Shown: one piece after another, positions 24,533-35,900 of the stretch
Numbering within the stretch: the stretch's first letter is position 1
Layout of the letters: every line of letters begins with the position of its first letter
Assembly (NCBI GenBank): GCA_900314125.1
Contig: OMUD01000312.1
Span: forward strand, 1 to 39,012
Source of the DNA: an uncultured Prevotellaceae bacterium
Lineage (GTDB): Bacteria > Bacteroidota > Bacteroidia > Bacteroidales > Bacteroidaceae
Direction of reading: 5' to 3'
DNA: 39,012 nucleotides
The notes under the pieces: generated by a model
Seen by the model: the letters and a program-made list of their open reading frames with translations, nothing else
What the model was told of the DNA's origin: nothing
Database searches by the model: none
Program-made: the position numbers and the translations under genes

Positions 24533-25780
24533 ATGGCAAACGCATATAAATATCAATGGACTCCCGATGAAGCGATAGAGAAACTCTATCAGAAGGGATT
24601 TATGGACGGAACTAACGTTGGTTTCCTCCAAACACTTATTGACAACTCAATTGAGATTGATTCAAATTCGTTCTTTTGGCAAGAGCATTTCACTGTTGAA
24701 GGAAACGAGTACGACATTGACCTCAGCGATTTGAAAAAGAACCCTGCATGGACTGTCAACCAAAAGACAATCCGCAATGTTCCTATGGCAGACGCAATGT
24801 CACCGCTTTCTGAAACCGCACAGCTTGACAACGAGGGTTGGGAGGCAAAGACAGGTTCTATCTACCAATATGGTAAAGGCTTGTTTGAAACCTCAATGTC
24901 AAAACTTGAACTCCAAGCACGTCTTCAAGAACTGAACGTGACCGACCAGAACCTTGTGACAGGTTTCGTTCGTGGTGTTGCTGACTTGGTTAAATCGCAC
25001 AACTATCGTCTTTCCCACATGGCTGCACAAGTTCTTTCCTTTGGTGGTGCATACACCAATGCGAACACGATGGGATTCAGTGGTGTGAAGACTATTCAAA
25101 ACGCATACATCCCAACCGCCAACTTTAAGACGGCTGGTGTGAAAGTGTGGACTGATGCAACTTGCGACATCCCATCGCAAATGCAGAAGATTGAATACGA
25201 TTTCAAGGTTGCGAACAACATCGCAGAGGATACTCCATTTGTTTGGAACATCCCTTACGACATGGTTGTGAACGTTCTCTTGAAGAACTCGTTCTTCGTT
25301 GCAGAAGTGAATCGTTTCATCCGTCTTTACGCACCTGACAAGGTTGTCATCATCAACAATGGAAATAGCACTCTTGACACCAACGTAATCACTTGGGAAC
25401 AACTCGTTGCTTACTCTCGTTCAAGTGTGTCAAAGATTTCACCTATCATGGTTGTCAAGGAATCGCAGACAGTTCAAAACATCACTACCACTACGACTGT
25501 CAAAGGATGGAAGCCAGGCATTGCCGTTCTTCGTCCACTTGGCAACGCAGGTGTGATTGTCCATGCAAAGACAGCAGACGTTCAATTGATGCAGAGTGGT
25601 GAGGTTAACCCTGCAATCCAATTCTCGCTTGCAAAGGTTCAGAATTTCCTCTACGTGATTAACAAGGTGACACCGAATGGTATGCTCAAATCTTACCACA
25701 CGGACGTTATCGGTCGTTATGCCCCAGTGCTTAACGAATCAACATATCACGTTGTGGTTGACACTACAACCGCTGACTAA
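24533..25780 (+). CDS. major capsid protein (HK97-fold, gpE-like)
   Basis: 415 aa, preceded by the only strong Shine-Dalgarno-like sequence I noticed in the window (AAGGAGG). Its position after scaffold and decoration genes, and its size and composition, are typical of phage_cap_E-type coat proteins. Confidence 0.7.
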   Translation: MANAYKYQWTPDEAIEKLYQKGFMDGTNVGFLQTLIDNSIEIDSNSFFWQEHFTVEGNEYDIDLSDLKKNPAWTVNQKTIRNVPMADAMSPLSETAQLDNEGWEAKTGSIYQYGKGLFETSMSKLELQARLQELNVTDQNLVTGFVRGVADLVKSHNYRLSHMAAQVLSFGGAYTNANTMGFSGVKTIQNAYIPTANFKTAGVKVWTDATCDIPSQMQKIEYDFKVANNIAEDTPFVWNIPYDMVVNVLLKNSFFVAEVNRFIRLYAPDKVVIINNGNSTLDTNVITWEQLVAYSRSSVSKISPIMVVKESQTVQNITTTTTVKGWKPGIAVLRPLGNAGVIVHAKTADVQLMQSGEVNPAIQFSLAKVQNFLYVINKVTPNGMLKSYHTDVIGRYAPVLNESTYHVVVDTTTAD

Positions 25781-25827
25781 TCAAACGCACACGTTTTTTC
25801 AATTCTTTCATAATTCAAGACAAGAAG

Positions 25828-26208
25828 ATGACTGTATTAGAATGGCTTAAAGCAAGGACAAGATATAGTTTCAACGAAGATACGTTGGTTACTATCGCAT
25901 TGGATAGGGGATGTGACCCATCGGAAGATTTTTATGGCGATAACGTAAGTGAACGTCAAAAAGAATTGATGAAGGCTGACATCATCTTCACTGCCGTTCT
26001 TTTAAGTCCTTCTAATACATCGTCCTTGTCACAAAGTCACAATGGCTATCAAAAGACGATAGGTCAAGAGCAAGACTTTTACCAAGACAAGAAGATTGCG
26101 TATGCTATTCAGATTTATAAGAAATATGATGATGAGAACGCAGCGATTCTTGAAAGTACGAAACGAAAGATTAGACAAGTTCCAATCATAGATGTGATGC
26201 ACTTATGA
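25828..26208 (+). CDS. head-tail connector/adaptor protein (probable)
   Basis: 126 aa, the first gene after the major capsid protein. VLEWLKARTRYSFNEDTLVTIALDRG fits the loose gp6-like adaptor N-terminal pattern. Confidence 0.4.
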   Translation: MTVLEWLKARTRYSFNEDTLVTIALDRGCDPSEDFYGDNVSERQKELMKADIIFTAVLLSPSNTSSLSQSHNGYQKTIGQEQDFYQDKKIAYAIQIYKKYDDENAAILESTKRKIRQVPIIDVMHL

Positions 26209-26540
26209 CAAGAGAAGAAATACTTGAATATCCTTATGATGGTGTGATTAAGCGAATCATTGAAGGTCATGGTGACGAGGATGATACGTTTGTCATTGTC
26301 TATCAAGGAAAGATGGATGAACACATGGTCAATGATGAGATTGGCAACGTGTTGCAAACATCGACATACATAGTATCTATTCCTTTGACAAAGGATGCGG
26401 ATGGTAAATGGATAGTTCCAAGAAAGGGAGATGTCATTGAAATCAATGTTTATGGGATGGAATTCAGTCTGACGATTGACAACTGCGAACCAAGCCAATT
26501 GGGTGGAGTGAGCATATATGCAACAAGAAATAGTTGGTAG
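26205..26540 (+). CDS. head closure / head-tail joining protein (probable)
   Basis: 111 aa with an ATGA overlap. It is beta-rich (GDVIEINVYGMEFSLTIDNCEP). The call rests on position. Confidence 0.4.
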   Translation: MTREEILEYPYDGVIKRIIEGHGDEDDTFVIVYQGKMDEHMVNDEIGNVLQTSTYIVSIPLTKDADGKWIVPRKGDVIEINVYGMEFSLTIDNCEPSQLGGVSIYATRNSW

Positions 26541-26546
26541 TTGATT

Positions 26547-27248
26547 ATGGGTGAAACAAAAGTCGTATCACACATGGCGAAGGTTGCCGATAGCATTCGT
26601 AAGTTCATCATAGATGAGCAGACGAGAAGGCTTGTTGAATATGCTAAAGCCAAAGTGCAAGAGATTGGTGAACGCATTCAAACGTATGGTAGCAGGAATC
26701 ACATGAACAGGACTGGCAACTTGCTTGATTCACTTTGTTGGAGTGTAGCATTCAATGGCAATGTTGTTGAAAGTGGATACTATCAGAACAATGCAAGGGA
26801 ACTTTCTTACCTGCACGAATTCTATGATTCACGATACAATTCGCCAGAAAGTTACTATGAAGCATACCCCGTTGGTGGTCACACACTTGCTGAAAACTAC
26901 ATCAAGCAATATGGTGGTGGTTCTTTCACAAGTGGATGGCACGTTGTGTTTGCGATATTAGCACCTTATTGGGCATATTGGGAAGAAGGTTTCAACTTTA
27001 AGAGAAGAGGAGTAAGTCTTGGAAGAAGACAATTTGCGGTGATGACCGAATCGTTTAGTCAAATAGAAAAAGACTTGAAGCCATCAAAAGTGCAATTCAA
27101 GAACAAAGTTCCAGCTTACACAAAATCTTACACAATCAAAGGTACAAGTGTTCGTGTGAAAGGTTCTTTGGAAAGAAGGTATGATAGATATAGCAGTGAT
27201 AAATCTAACCCATACAAACCATATTCAAGAAGACGTTATAAATATTGA
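26547..27248 (+). CDS. HK97 gp10-like neck / tail-completion protein
   Basis: ATG 26547 (MGETKVVSHMAKVADSIRKFI...); the listed start at 26541 is a TTG. NRTGNLLDSL matches the TGNLrrSi signature of the gp10 family. It has an extended basic C-terminus. Confidence 0.5.
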   Translation: MGETKVVSHMAKVADSIRKFIIDEQTRRLVEYAKAKVQEIGERIQTYGSRNHMNRTGNLLDSLCWSVAFNGNVVESGYYQNNARELSYLHEFYDSRYNSPESYYEAYPVGGHTLAENYIKQYGGGSFTSGWHVVFAILAPYWAYWEEGFNFKRRGVSLGRRQFAVMTESFSQIEKDLKPSKVQFKNKVPAYTKSYTIKGTSVRVKGSLERRYDRYSSDKSNPYKPYSRRRYKY

Positions 27249-27253
27249 CAACT

Positions 27254-27991
27254 ATGGTAACTGACACAAGAATAGACATATATGATTTTGTTTACAACAT
27301 GGTTTATGGTGTTGTGACAAAGAACGTGTATTCGGTCAGCCCACCACAAGAATTGACCGAATCTGACACGAAGGATGGCTTCATCGTCATCTCCGTTGGT
27401 CAAGTCAATGATGAAAGCGAATTTTTGGGTAGTGCCTATGGATGGGCGAGGGTTTACATTGAAGCATACATACCGACAAGATTGCGTGGACGTGCAGACA
27501 AACGCAAGATTGCCAATTATGAAAGATTGTTGAATAGTGTGATAAATCAATGGAATGATAAGACGAGTGATGATGGGTTCTCAATTGATGTTGATACGAT
27601 AATATCGGATGATGATGTTGTGTCAAGCAACAAGGACAATGTTTATCATGTTCTCGTCAAGTCATTTGTTGTTTACAAAAACGATTCTTCGGATGCAACC
27701 TACAAAGGTGATTTTTATCTTGGTTGTGGTGGAGATGTGTTGCAAAGTAGGGATGATATTGAAACTTTGACAAATGTCCAGCATTACAATGTGGACGAAC
27801 CTTTTGGCGATTATTCCATCTTTGTTCCATCCACAAACTATGTATGGTTGTGTACGACCAAAACGATAAACAAAGTCCTATCAAGCGAGATTGAAGTGCC
27901 TATGGAAGAACCTATCATCATAGATGAGTTCTCTTGCTATAGGACATCTAACGCAATATTGGAAGGACAAATGGATTTGGAGATAATTTAA
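27254..27991 (+). CDS. tail terminator/completion-like protein carrying a C-terminal ~95-aa add-on module
   Basis: ATG 27254 (MVTDTRIDIYDFVY...); the listed start at 27245 is a TTG. The N-terminal ~150 aa have the size and position of gpU/DUF3168-like terminators. The C-terminal module (27701-27988) is homologous to the C-terminus of the 37538-38314 product. Confidence 0.45.
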   Translation: MVTDTRIDIYDFVYNMVYGVVTKNVYSVSPPQELTESDTKDGFIVISVGQVNDESEFLGSAYGWARVYIEAYIPTRLRGRADKRKIANYERLLNSVINQWNDKTSDDGFSIDVDTIISDDDVVSSNKDNVYHVLVKSFVVYKNDSSDATYKGDFYLGCGGDVLQSRDDIETLTNVQHYNVDEPFGDYSIFVPSTNYVWLCTTKTINKVLSSEIEVPMEEPIIIDEFSCYRTSNAILEGQMDLEII

Positions 27992-28020
27992 AACGTTTTT
28001 AATATTAAATTTTTAAGGCT

Positions 28021-28527
28021 ATGGCTAAAAAAACAACCGTTAAACCAATCGCACTTTCCTATAGGAATGTTGGTGCTACAAGTGGTGAATACACCAAGTT
28101 GATGGGTGTTCTCAAAGGTCTTGCAATCGCACAGGATGACCCAGAGAGTACCGAAATTGAAGCAGAGTTCTTTGATTCCCCATTTGACATCTTCTACGAT
28201 GGCAACCCAGTGACCATGACATTTGAACTTGCCAACTACGAACTTTCCGAACTCCCTGCACTCTTTGGTGGTACTGTTACCGCAGCAAGTGCTACTGCTG
28301 AGGAATCCTACGAGGGGGCACACAATGCTTACACAAGCGAGCATGAGTGGAAACTTGATTTCGGACGTGGCTACAAGTCACTCGTCATCTATCGTGGTCT
28401 TACTGTCGGAACTTTGAAGAAAGATGCCGATGGGGCACTCAACTACAACGTTACAATCACCGCTCTTATTTACAATGATGGTACTAATGACCATATGTAC
28501 AAAATTGTGGGTGAAAAAAACGCATAG
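28021..28527 (+). CDS. major tail (tube) protein
   Basis: 168 aa, located directly upstream of the chaperone/tape-measure unit. The composition is beta-rich. Confidence 0.6.
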   Translation: MAKKTTVKPIALSYRNVGATSGEYTKLMGVLKGLAIAQDDPESTEIEAEFFDSPFDIFYDGNPVTMTFELANYELSELPALFGGTVTAASATAEESYEGAHNAYTSEHEWKLDFGRGYKSLVIYRGLTVGTLKKDADGALNYNVTITALIYNDGTNDHMYKIVGEKNA

Positions 28528-28907
28528 TGCCTTATAGCAAGCGATTGACGGGTTCAAAACCAGAATTCCCAGTTGACATCGTTGATGACGAAAGTGGCTT
28601 TGCAATGTTGTATTTCAATGACACAGGCAAAACTATACAAACCCCTTCAGTATTAGGAAGATTATACATTCACAACAAACAGGCTAATACGTATGAATGG
28701 AGGAATGTTCATACCGAAGCAATAGGAAGCACAGTCAAATGTATTTGCAATTTTGCGGAAGACCAATATGGTTCGCGAATGTATATAGAACTTGGAGGGT
28801 TGCAAGGTTCAAATATGATGTTAGTCAAGTCCAAGTCAACATCAATAGTAGGAAGCACTGTAGTTTCTGGAATGTGCGAAATTGTTGCTGGTGAATTTGA
28901 TTGGTAA
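28527..28907 (+). CDS. hypothetical protein (126 aa, start uncertain)
   Basis: GTG 28527 overlaps the tube-gene TAG. The first in-frame ATG is at 28605. No motif was recognised. Confidence 0.4.
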   Translation: MPYSKRLTGSKPEFPVDIVDDESGFAMLYFNDTGKTIQTPSVLGRLYIHNKQANTYEWRNVHTEAIGSTVKCICNFAEDQYGSRMYIELGGLQGSNMMLVKSKSTSIVGSTVVSGMCEIVAGEFDW

Positions 28908-29060
28908 TGATGATTTGTTATAAGGCAAAGAATATACGTCACGGATTTACTCTTTTTGATTCTTTGTGAACGTGTGGGGTACGTTTTGGGGGTAGTACCC
29001 ATTCGTATCCCACATTTGCATAGAATCAAATATAACAAACAAAACAAAAGTTCACGAAGA

Positions 29061-29648
29061 ATGGAAGATAAAACAAAAAACATGAATGTTGAAGAAGAGA
29101 ATGAATTTGAAAAGTTTTCGTCTGAAACAAAAAAGGAAATAGTTGACATTATCAACGATTGCCCATCACTTGTAATGGTTGGCGAAAAGGAATATGCGGT
29201 GAAGAACATGAGGTACTATTCATTGTATAGGATTTGCAATCTTGCGATAAAGATGAAAGAAGAGGAAGACATAAAGGATGATAGCAAGGTATTGAGTGCG
29301 TTGTGTACCGACCTTGATGCGATGTGCGAGATAGTTGCGATAATCCTTTGCAATCATTTGTTCACAAGTGATGGGAATAGGTTGGAAACGTTTGGTGAGG
29401 TGAAGACAAGGAATGACAAGATGATTGACGTGATGAAAGCAAGGGTGATGCAAAGCACGTTTGACACGGGACAATGGGCAGCAATCATCATCGGTGCGAT
29501 AAAGTCAATAGACCTGAGTGGTTTTTTTTTACTCAAAAAATCGGTGAGTGTGCTTACGGATTCTCTAATGGAGAGGAAGATGAAATCGGTGGAGACAGCA
29601 TCACAATTTATGGAAGCACAATCTTTAGTGACGCAAGCGATTTCATAA
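29061..29648 (+). CDS. tail assembly chaperone (gpG-like)
   Basis: ATG 29061 (MEDKTKNMNVEEE...); the listed start at 28956 is a TTG. It lies immediately upstream of the tape measure and contains a slippery T-run with an overlapping -1 frame ORF. Confidence 0.65.
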   Translation: MEDKTKNMNVEEENEFEKFSSETKKEIVDIINDCPSLVMVGEKEYAVKNMRYYSLYRICNLAIKMKEEEDIKDDSKVLSALCTDLDAMCEIVAIILCNHLFTSDGNRLETFGEVKTRNDKMIDVMKARVMQSTFDTGQWAAIIIGAIKSIDLSGFFLLKKSVSVLTDSLMERKMKSVETASQFMEAQSLVTQAIS

Positions 29649-29893
29649 GGACATTCACGCAATACACCCTTGATGATTACTTGTATAATTTAAGCATAGC
29701 ACAAATACAATTCATGTCAATTGACAACACGCACACCAAATATTTGAAAGGAAAGGACAAGAAAGCATGGGAAGGATATAAGGAAGCATACAAGGCACAA
29801 AAGAGTTTGGAGGGATTCCTTGGTAACTTTGACATTCCAGACTTGGGCGATGGTGAAGAATATGACATCCCTGTGAAGAAACGCAACAAATGA
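29061..29893 (+). CDS. tail assembly chaperone frameshift product (gpGT-like), made by a -1 slip at 29522-29531
   Basis: The frame-0 ORF (to 29648) and the -1 ORF (29474-29893) overlap around the T9 run. The -1 ORF ends 36 nt before the tape-measure ATG. This is the conserved G/GT arrangement of long-tailed phages. Confidence 0.6.
29522..29531 (+). other. -1 programmed ribosomal frameshift slippery site (T9-A)
   Basis: The zero frame reads GGT TTT TTT TTA CTC AAA AAA. Heptamers T_TTT_TTT and T_TTT_TTA are available. The -1 frame is open from here to 29893 (...FFFTQKIGECAYG...). Confidence 0.7.
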
Positions 29894-29928
29894 AATAAAT
29901 TTAAAATCTAACTTACTACGATATATAT

Positions 29929-32900
29929 ATGGCAAACGAAGGAAGTACGATTATATTGGCGAATCTTAATACCGAAGAACTTGAAAAGAGTATTAAGAAA
30001 GTCGTTGATGCGGTTGAAAATGGGTCAAAAGAAATGGCTAAAAAGTTTGACACATCAATAAATGCGATGATAGAATCAATGAAGAAACTTTCTTCGTTGT
30101 CAAATGACGTGTCAACGCACACCGAAAAAAGCACAAGTTCAAGGGTTAAGGAAAGCAAGGCGGTGAATGAAACCGCCACATCGTATGATGACCTCGCAAA
30201 AGCGGTCAAAAAAGTCATTGATTCAAACGATGGGATAAAGAAAGCATTCAGCCATGAAGAATTGCAATCGTATATCGCACTTTTGAGAAACATTCATAGC
30301 GAATATAGAAATATGGCTATGAATGGAACATCTACAACCATCACGCAAGAAAAGATGCAAGGCTGGATGCAATCACTTGAACAAGTGATTGCGAAATACA
30401 AGGAAATTCTAACAAACATTGACTATGTGAACAATAGGCAAGGAACTATTAGCACAAAGCAATGGATGCAAGATTTTTCTTCCCAAGACGAGAGATTGAA
30501 GCAATTAAATAATTGGTATAAAGAATTAGAAAAAGAAGACCAAAAACGAATTTCCAACATTGAAAGTGAAAAGAAAGCCAGAGAACAAATGGCAGAAGCC
30601 GCCCGTAAAGCAGAATTGAGATACCAAGATGCGGTAATGAAAACTCAATTCATGCGTACCATGAAAATGCCTACCGACAACCTTGAACAAATGCAAAAGA
30701 AAGTTGAAAGGTTGAAAATTGAACTTGCATCATTGCAAGATGTTGGTTTGTTAAGTCCTGCACAAATCGTGAGAGCGGAACAAGAAATTGGAAAACTTAA
30801 TTCTCAAATCGCACAAATTGCCACAACCACACAACAAAACACACAAGCACAACAACAATATGGTAGGACGGCACAAGAGGTTCAAGAAGCACACGCAAGG
30901 GGTGTTCAACAACAAATTCAATGGCAAGAAGAGTTGAAGAGAAAAACGATGGAGGCTGGCTCTGCCGCACAAAAATCTGCGAGTGAAATCATCAACGCAG
31001 CACACGCAGCATTATCACAAGGTTTAAGTCCAGACGCATTCTTGAATAAAGCCAATTTAAATAATGGTTCTATTGTACGACAATTAACGGATGACATCAA
31101 TAATATGCGTAATGCATATTATAGCATAGCAAAGGATGATAGAGAATCTCCACTTGCAAGAGCATTAAAGAAAGATATGGAGAATGCCATCCAAGCAAGA
31201 AATGCGTTAAATGCGTTGGCAAATACAGAAGCAGGTACAAATAGGGCAATGATGGCTACCGCACAAATTGCATCAGCCACGAATGCACAATATGATGCTT
31301 TAAAAACGACAATAGCACGTCTTGAATATGAATATAATAAATTAAGTGAAGCAGAAAAGAGAACCGAAAAAGGTCAAAAACTTGCACAAGATATACAAAA
31401 TGCGAAACAAAAGTTAGATACGTTCAAAGAATCCGCAAAAACCGCCTCTCAAGCAGCGGCACAATTGTCACAAGAAGAAGAAAAAGTAAGTTCTTCTGCA
31501 AAGAAATTAAGCAATAGCCATAAAGAAGCGACACAATCAAACAATGCGTTGACACGTTCTTTCAACTACATGAAGAATCGTATGGCATTCTATTTGACTG
31601 TCGGTGCTACGACACAATTCGTAAAGCAACTTGCCGACATTCGTGGTCAATATGAAATGACCGAACGTTCTTTGCAAATCCTCACAGATAGTGCCCAAAA
31701 GGGAACGGAGATATTCAACCAATTGAAGACGATGGCATTGAATTCTCCTTTTACCGCAATGCAATTGACGGAATCAGCACGTCAACTTTCGGCACTTGGA
31801 TTTGAAGCAGATGAATTGGTGGGTACAGTAAAAAGGCTCGGTGATATTTCCGCAGCGATTGGTGCCCCGATTGACCGCATTTCCTATGCACTTGGTCAAG
31901 TACAAACCTATGGTTATCTAACGTCATTACAAGCGAGGACATTCATGCGTATGGGTATTCCTTTGGTGAAGTCATTGGCAGAAGAATATTCTAAACTTGA
32001 AGGTCATGTTGTAACTACTGGTGATGTGTTCCAACGCATGAAAGACAAGGCTATTTCATACAATGATGTGATGCGTGTCGTTAATAGGATGACGGATGAA
32101 GGTGGTCGTTTCTTTGACTATCAAGCAAAGGTTTCGGAAACGTTACGCGTACAATTGTCAAACTTGTCGCTTGCATGGGAAAATATGTTGAATAATATTG
32201 GTAAGAGCAACCAATCATTGCTTGCATCACCTATCAAATTGTTAAGGGCATTGTTTACACATTGGCAAGCAATTTCAAGGGTTGTGAAAGCAGGTGCTAT
32301 AGCATTCGGAATTTCCAAAATCATACAACTCATCGCACGTATGGCTATGTGGACTAACCACCAGCGATGGGCATTTGAAATGACATTTGGCAAAAAAATG
32401 GCAACAAAGATGAGAGGCTTTAGCACTGGTTTGTCTGCAATGTTCAAAAGTACATTTTTTTGGGCGACTATTGTGATTGGTGCTATAACAGACATCATCA
32501 TGCACTCAAGCCAAATGTCTGAACGCATAAGGAAAATAAATGAAAGCATCAAAGAAGGTGCTGCGGAAACATCTAAAAATATAGAAGACTATCTCAAAAA
32601 TAGCAATGAAATAGAGAATAGTCTATATAGAAATGTTGAAGTCAAAGACCAACAAAGTGGAAAGGTAACAACACAACGTGTCAATGTTGACATAAGCATG
32701 AAAGATGCACAACCTGCTTGGGAAGAATTAAGAAATGAGATTGAAAATTCATCCCAAAATGCTGATGTGTTCATTACACAACTTATGCAAATTGACAACA
32801 TTAGTGAAAGGTTGAGAAAAGGTTTTGATGTTGCACGACTTATTCAAAATGCTAATAGTGCATTGAAAGAAATGAAAGATGATGCAATAGAGGTAAATCA

Positions 32901-35900
32901 AGACACATGGTTGTGGGGGTTGTTCGGTGAAGGCATGAAATCCGATTTAAAGGATTATAAGGAAGAACTGAAACACGTAGAAGATGTTTGGGGTAGCATT
33001 GATTCCTTGATGAAACAAGGAGAAGACAGGCTTAACGGCAATGCACTCAATGCTATTAGAAATTTAAAAATCGCACAAAAAGAATTCGCTGATGAGGTTG
33101 CAACAACAAGTGCATCTATAGAAAAGTTCTTGGATGGTCACACATTGGATTTGTCCGTTGGTTTTGGCGTATTTGATGCTGATAAATTTACAGAACAATG
33201 GGTTGTCGCACAAGAACAAGTTGATATCATAGCAAAGAAGGTAGCAGAACAAGAAGAGTTAACAGCACAAGAAACCTACGACTTTAGAAAAGAATTAAAC
33301 ACCCAATTATATGCCCATTACCATCAACTATTGCTACGACAAGTAGATGAATCTAAAGGTGCTGATAAATCGGTCGCATTGGAACGTGTGAGGATATTTG
33401 AGGACACATGGGAAACAAATAGGGTTTCTCTTGATAGATTCCTTAATTGGATGAAGAATGAGAATAGCAGTGCGGTACTTGATATGTATAATCAATTCAC
33501 CGACAATGGAAGGCAAGCATTCAAGTTGACAAGTGATGAAGGTAAGGCGAAGATTGATGAATTGCTTAAAAAATTCAAGCAAAACAACTTTTTTGCTTAT
33601 GAAGATTTAAAGGATAAAGTTAAATTGGCAAACTTGCTTGAAGTGTTCATTCCTGTCATCTTTGGTGTGAAATCAGACCCATCTGCTTGGATTACCGAAG
33701 GTTTCAAGGAACACATGGAAAAGGCATCTAAAGAGTTGAAAGATGCACAAGATGAATTGGTTAGCGTAAATGCTGCATTACAATCAAAATCAATAAACAA
33801 AAACGAACAAGATAAACTTGAAAAAAGACGTGAAGACCTAAATGCGACAATCAAGCGATTAAAGGAAGAAAAAGATAGGTTCAATTATACATCAGATAGC
33901 GAATCAAAGCAACAAGCAAAGGATGCAAAGGCAGCGGAAACCGCAAGAAAAAAAGCACTAAAGGAACAAGAGAAAGCAGAAAACAAAGCAAGACGTGCAA
34001 GGGAAAAGGCACAGAGGGAAGCGGAACAAGAACAAAGAAGACGTGAGCAAGAATTGGCGAAGGCATTGAGGGATGAAGTTAGCCTTGTGGAAAAATTGCG
34101 TACATCCTACGACAAATTAAGGAAGGAAGGTGTAGCACCAGAGACAATCACAAGCACACTTTTGAACAATTATGATGCCACCTTTAAAGATATAGATAAA
34201 ATTGTTAAGCAATATGGATTGAAAGGATTTGATTTCTTTGATTTCGTAAATCCGTTTACAAATACATTTGCTCATGATAATACCATTTTCACTTTCTTTG
34301 AAGAACAATTAAAGGTTGTAAGGAATTCAAGTTTCAAGACAAGGGATGCGTTAAAGTCTTTGGAAGAATTGCTTGCAAAGATGCGAGAAGAAAGTTGGAC
34401 GAAAACAATGGAAGATATAACGAAAGTCATGGGCGAAAATATTGATTCATTGTCAACAAACTATGAATTATCCCTTGATGTCGAAGAAAATCCAGAACTT
34501 TCTGAATTATTCTCTAATATGATGGGAATTGATGTTTCCGAATTGTTGAAAGATGCACCAAAATCATTGAAAGAATTTACGGATGAAGTGAATAATATTG
34601 TTGGTGGAGCGATGAATGCCTATTTGGTGAATATTGGCAACAAAGACACTTTTGAAAATTTCATGTCCATTCGTTCTGGTGAAGAATTCAACATTCTTGA
34701 CGAAACACAATTTAAGAGATTGCGTGAGATTCTTACCGAAGATTCACAATTGTTCAAAGATATTGAAAAATTAAGGGATGATTTGATTAAGAAGAATCGC
34801 AAGTTCTTTGACGATGCACAAAAGACATTTGACGATTATCTTTCAAAGTATGGCAAGTATGCGGACAAGGTTCGTGAGATTGAAGAAAAAAGGATTCAAG
34901 ATATGCAGACGTTGGATAACGCATACTATAGCGATGAATTGAAGAAGACGGAAGACTATGCAAGAAAGAAGCAAGCCATCGAAAGGATGACCCAAAAGGA
35001 ATTGCAAAAACTTTCGTTTGAAGAATTCAAGGATAGTGAATGGTACATCACGATGTTCGGTGACTTGGATAATATGTCAATGACAACTCTTGACGTTTTG
35101 ATTGGGAAATTGCAAGAGATGAAGGACACGATGAAGGAATTAGACCCACAAAACTTGAAGACGATTCAAACGGAGATTGACAAGATAATGACGATTCGTG
35201 CGAAGAAATCCCCAATCAAGAACTTTGTCAAGGATATTAAGGAATACAATAGGTTGGCAAAGCAAAGGAAGCAACTTGAAAAGGATTTGGTTGTGTCGCA
35301 ACAATCTGTTGACAATCAAAAGATGGTTGTTGAATTGGCGGCGAAACAAGTTGAAGAGGCTAAAAAGAAATATGGTGTGAATTCCGAAGAATACCAAATG
35401 GCTCAAAACAACTTGAAAGTTCAACAAGACATCTTGGACACCCAAAAGAAGGACAATGAATCCCTTGTCAAGAAATTGAAAAGATATGGTTCTTTGAAGA
35501 AATTGTTGGAAGAAGAAGCGGGTGCGGTTCAAGAATTCCTTGATTCAATAAACAAATACGCACAACTATTTGGGGATTTCCTTGAATCAATCGGTGACAA
35601 TACGGGACTTGAAGATACGACAAGAAAACTTTCCGACCTTGTTGGTGTCGCACAATCAGCCGTTGAGGGATTCAAGACAGGTGGTGTTTGGGGTGCGGTC
35701 ATCGCAGGTGCTTTGTCACTTGGCACTACAATAGCGAAATGGTTGAGTGGTGATGGTTCTATTGATAAGGCATTGCAACGTTCCGAATTGCGTGTGAAGC
35801 AACTTGAAAGGGCATATAGCAATCTTGAAGAATCCGTGAATGATGCGTATGGCACGATGGTTGTAGGGTTGCAAAAAGCACAAATCGAAAACAAGAAATT

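Noticed and set aside
25783-25799. AAACG-CACA-CGTTT plus T-run after the capsid gene, considered as a terminator.
   Set aside because: The stem is only 5 bp and mostly A-T. At best it is a leaky attenuator, so it is not reported as a feature.
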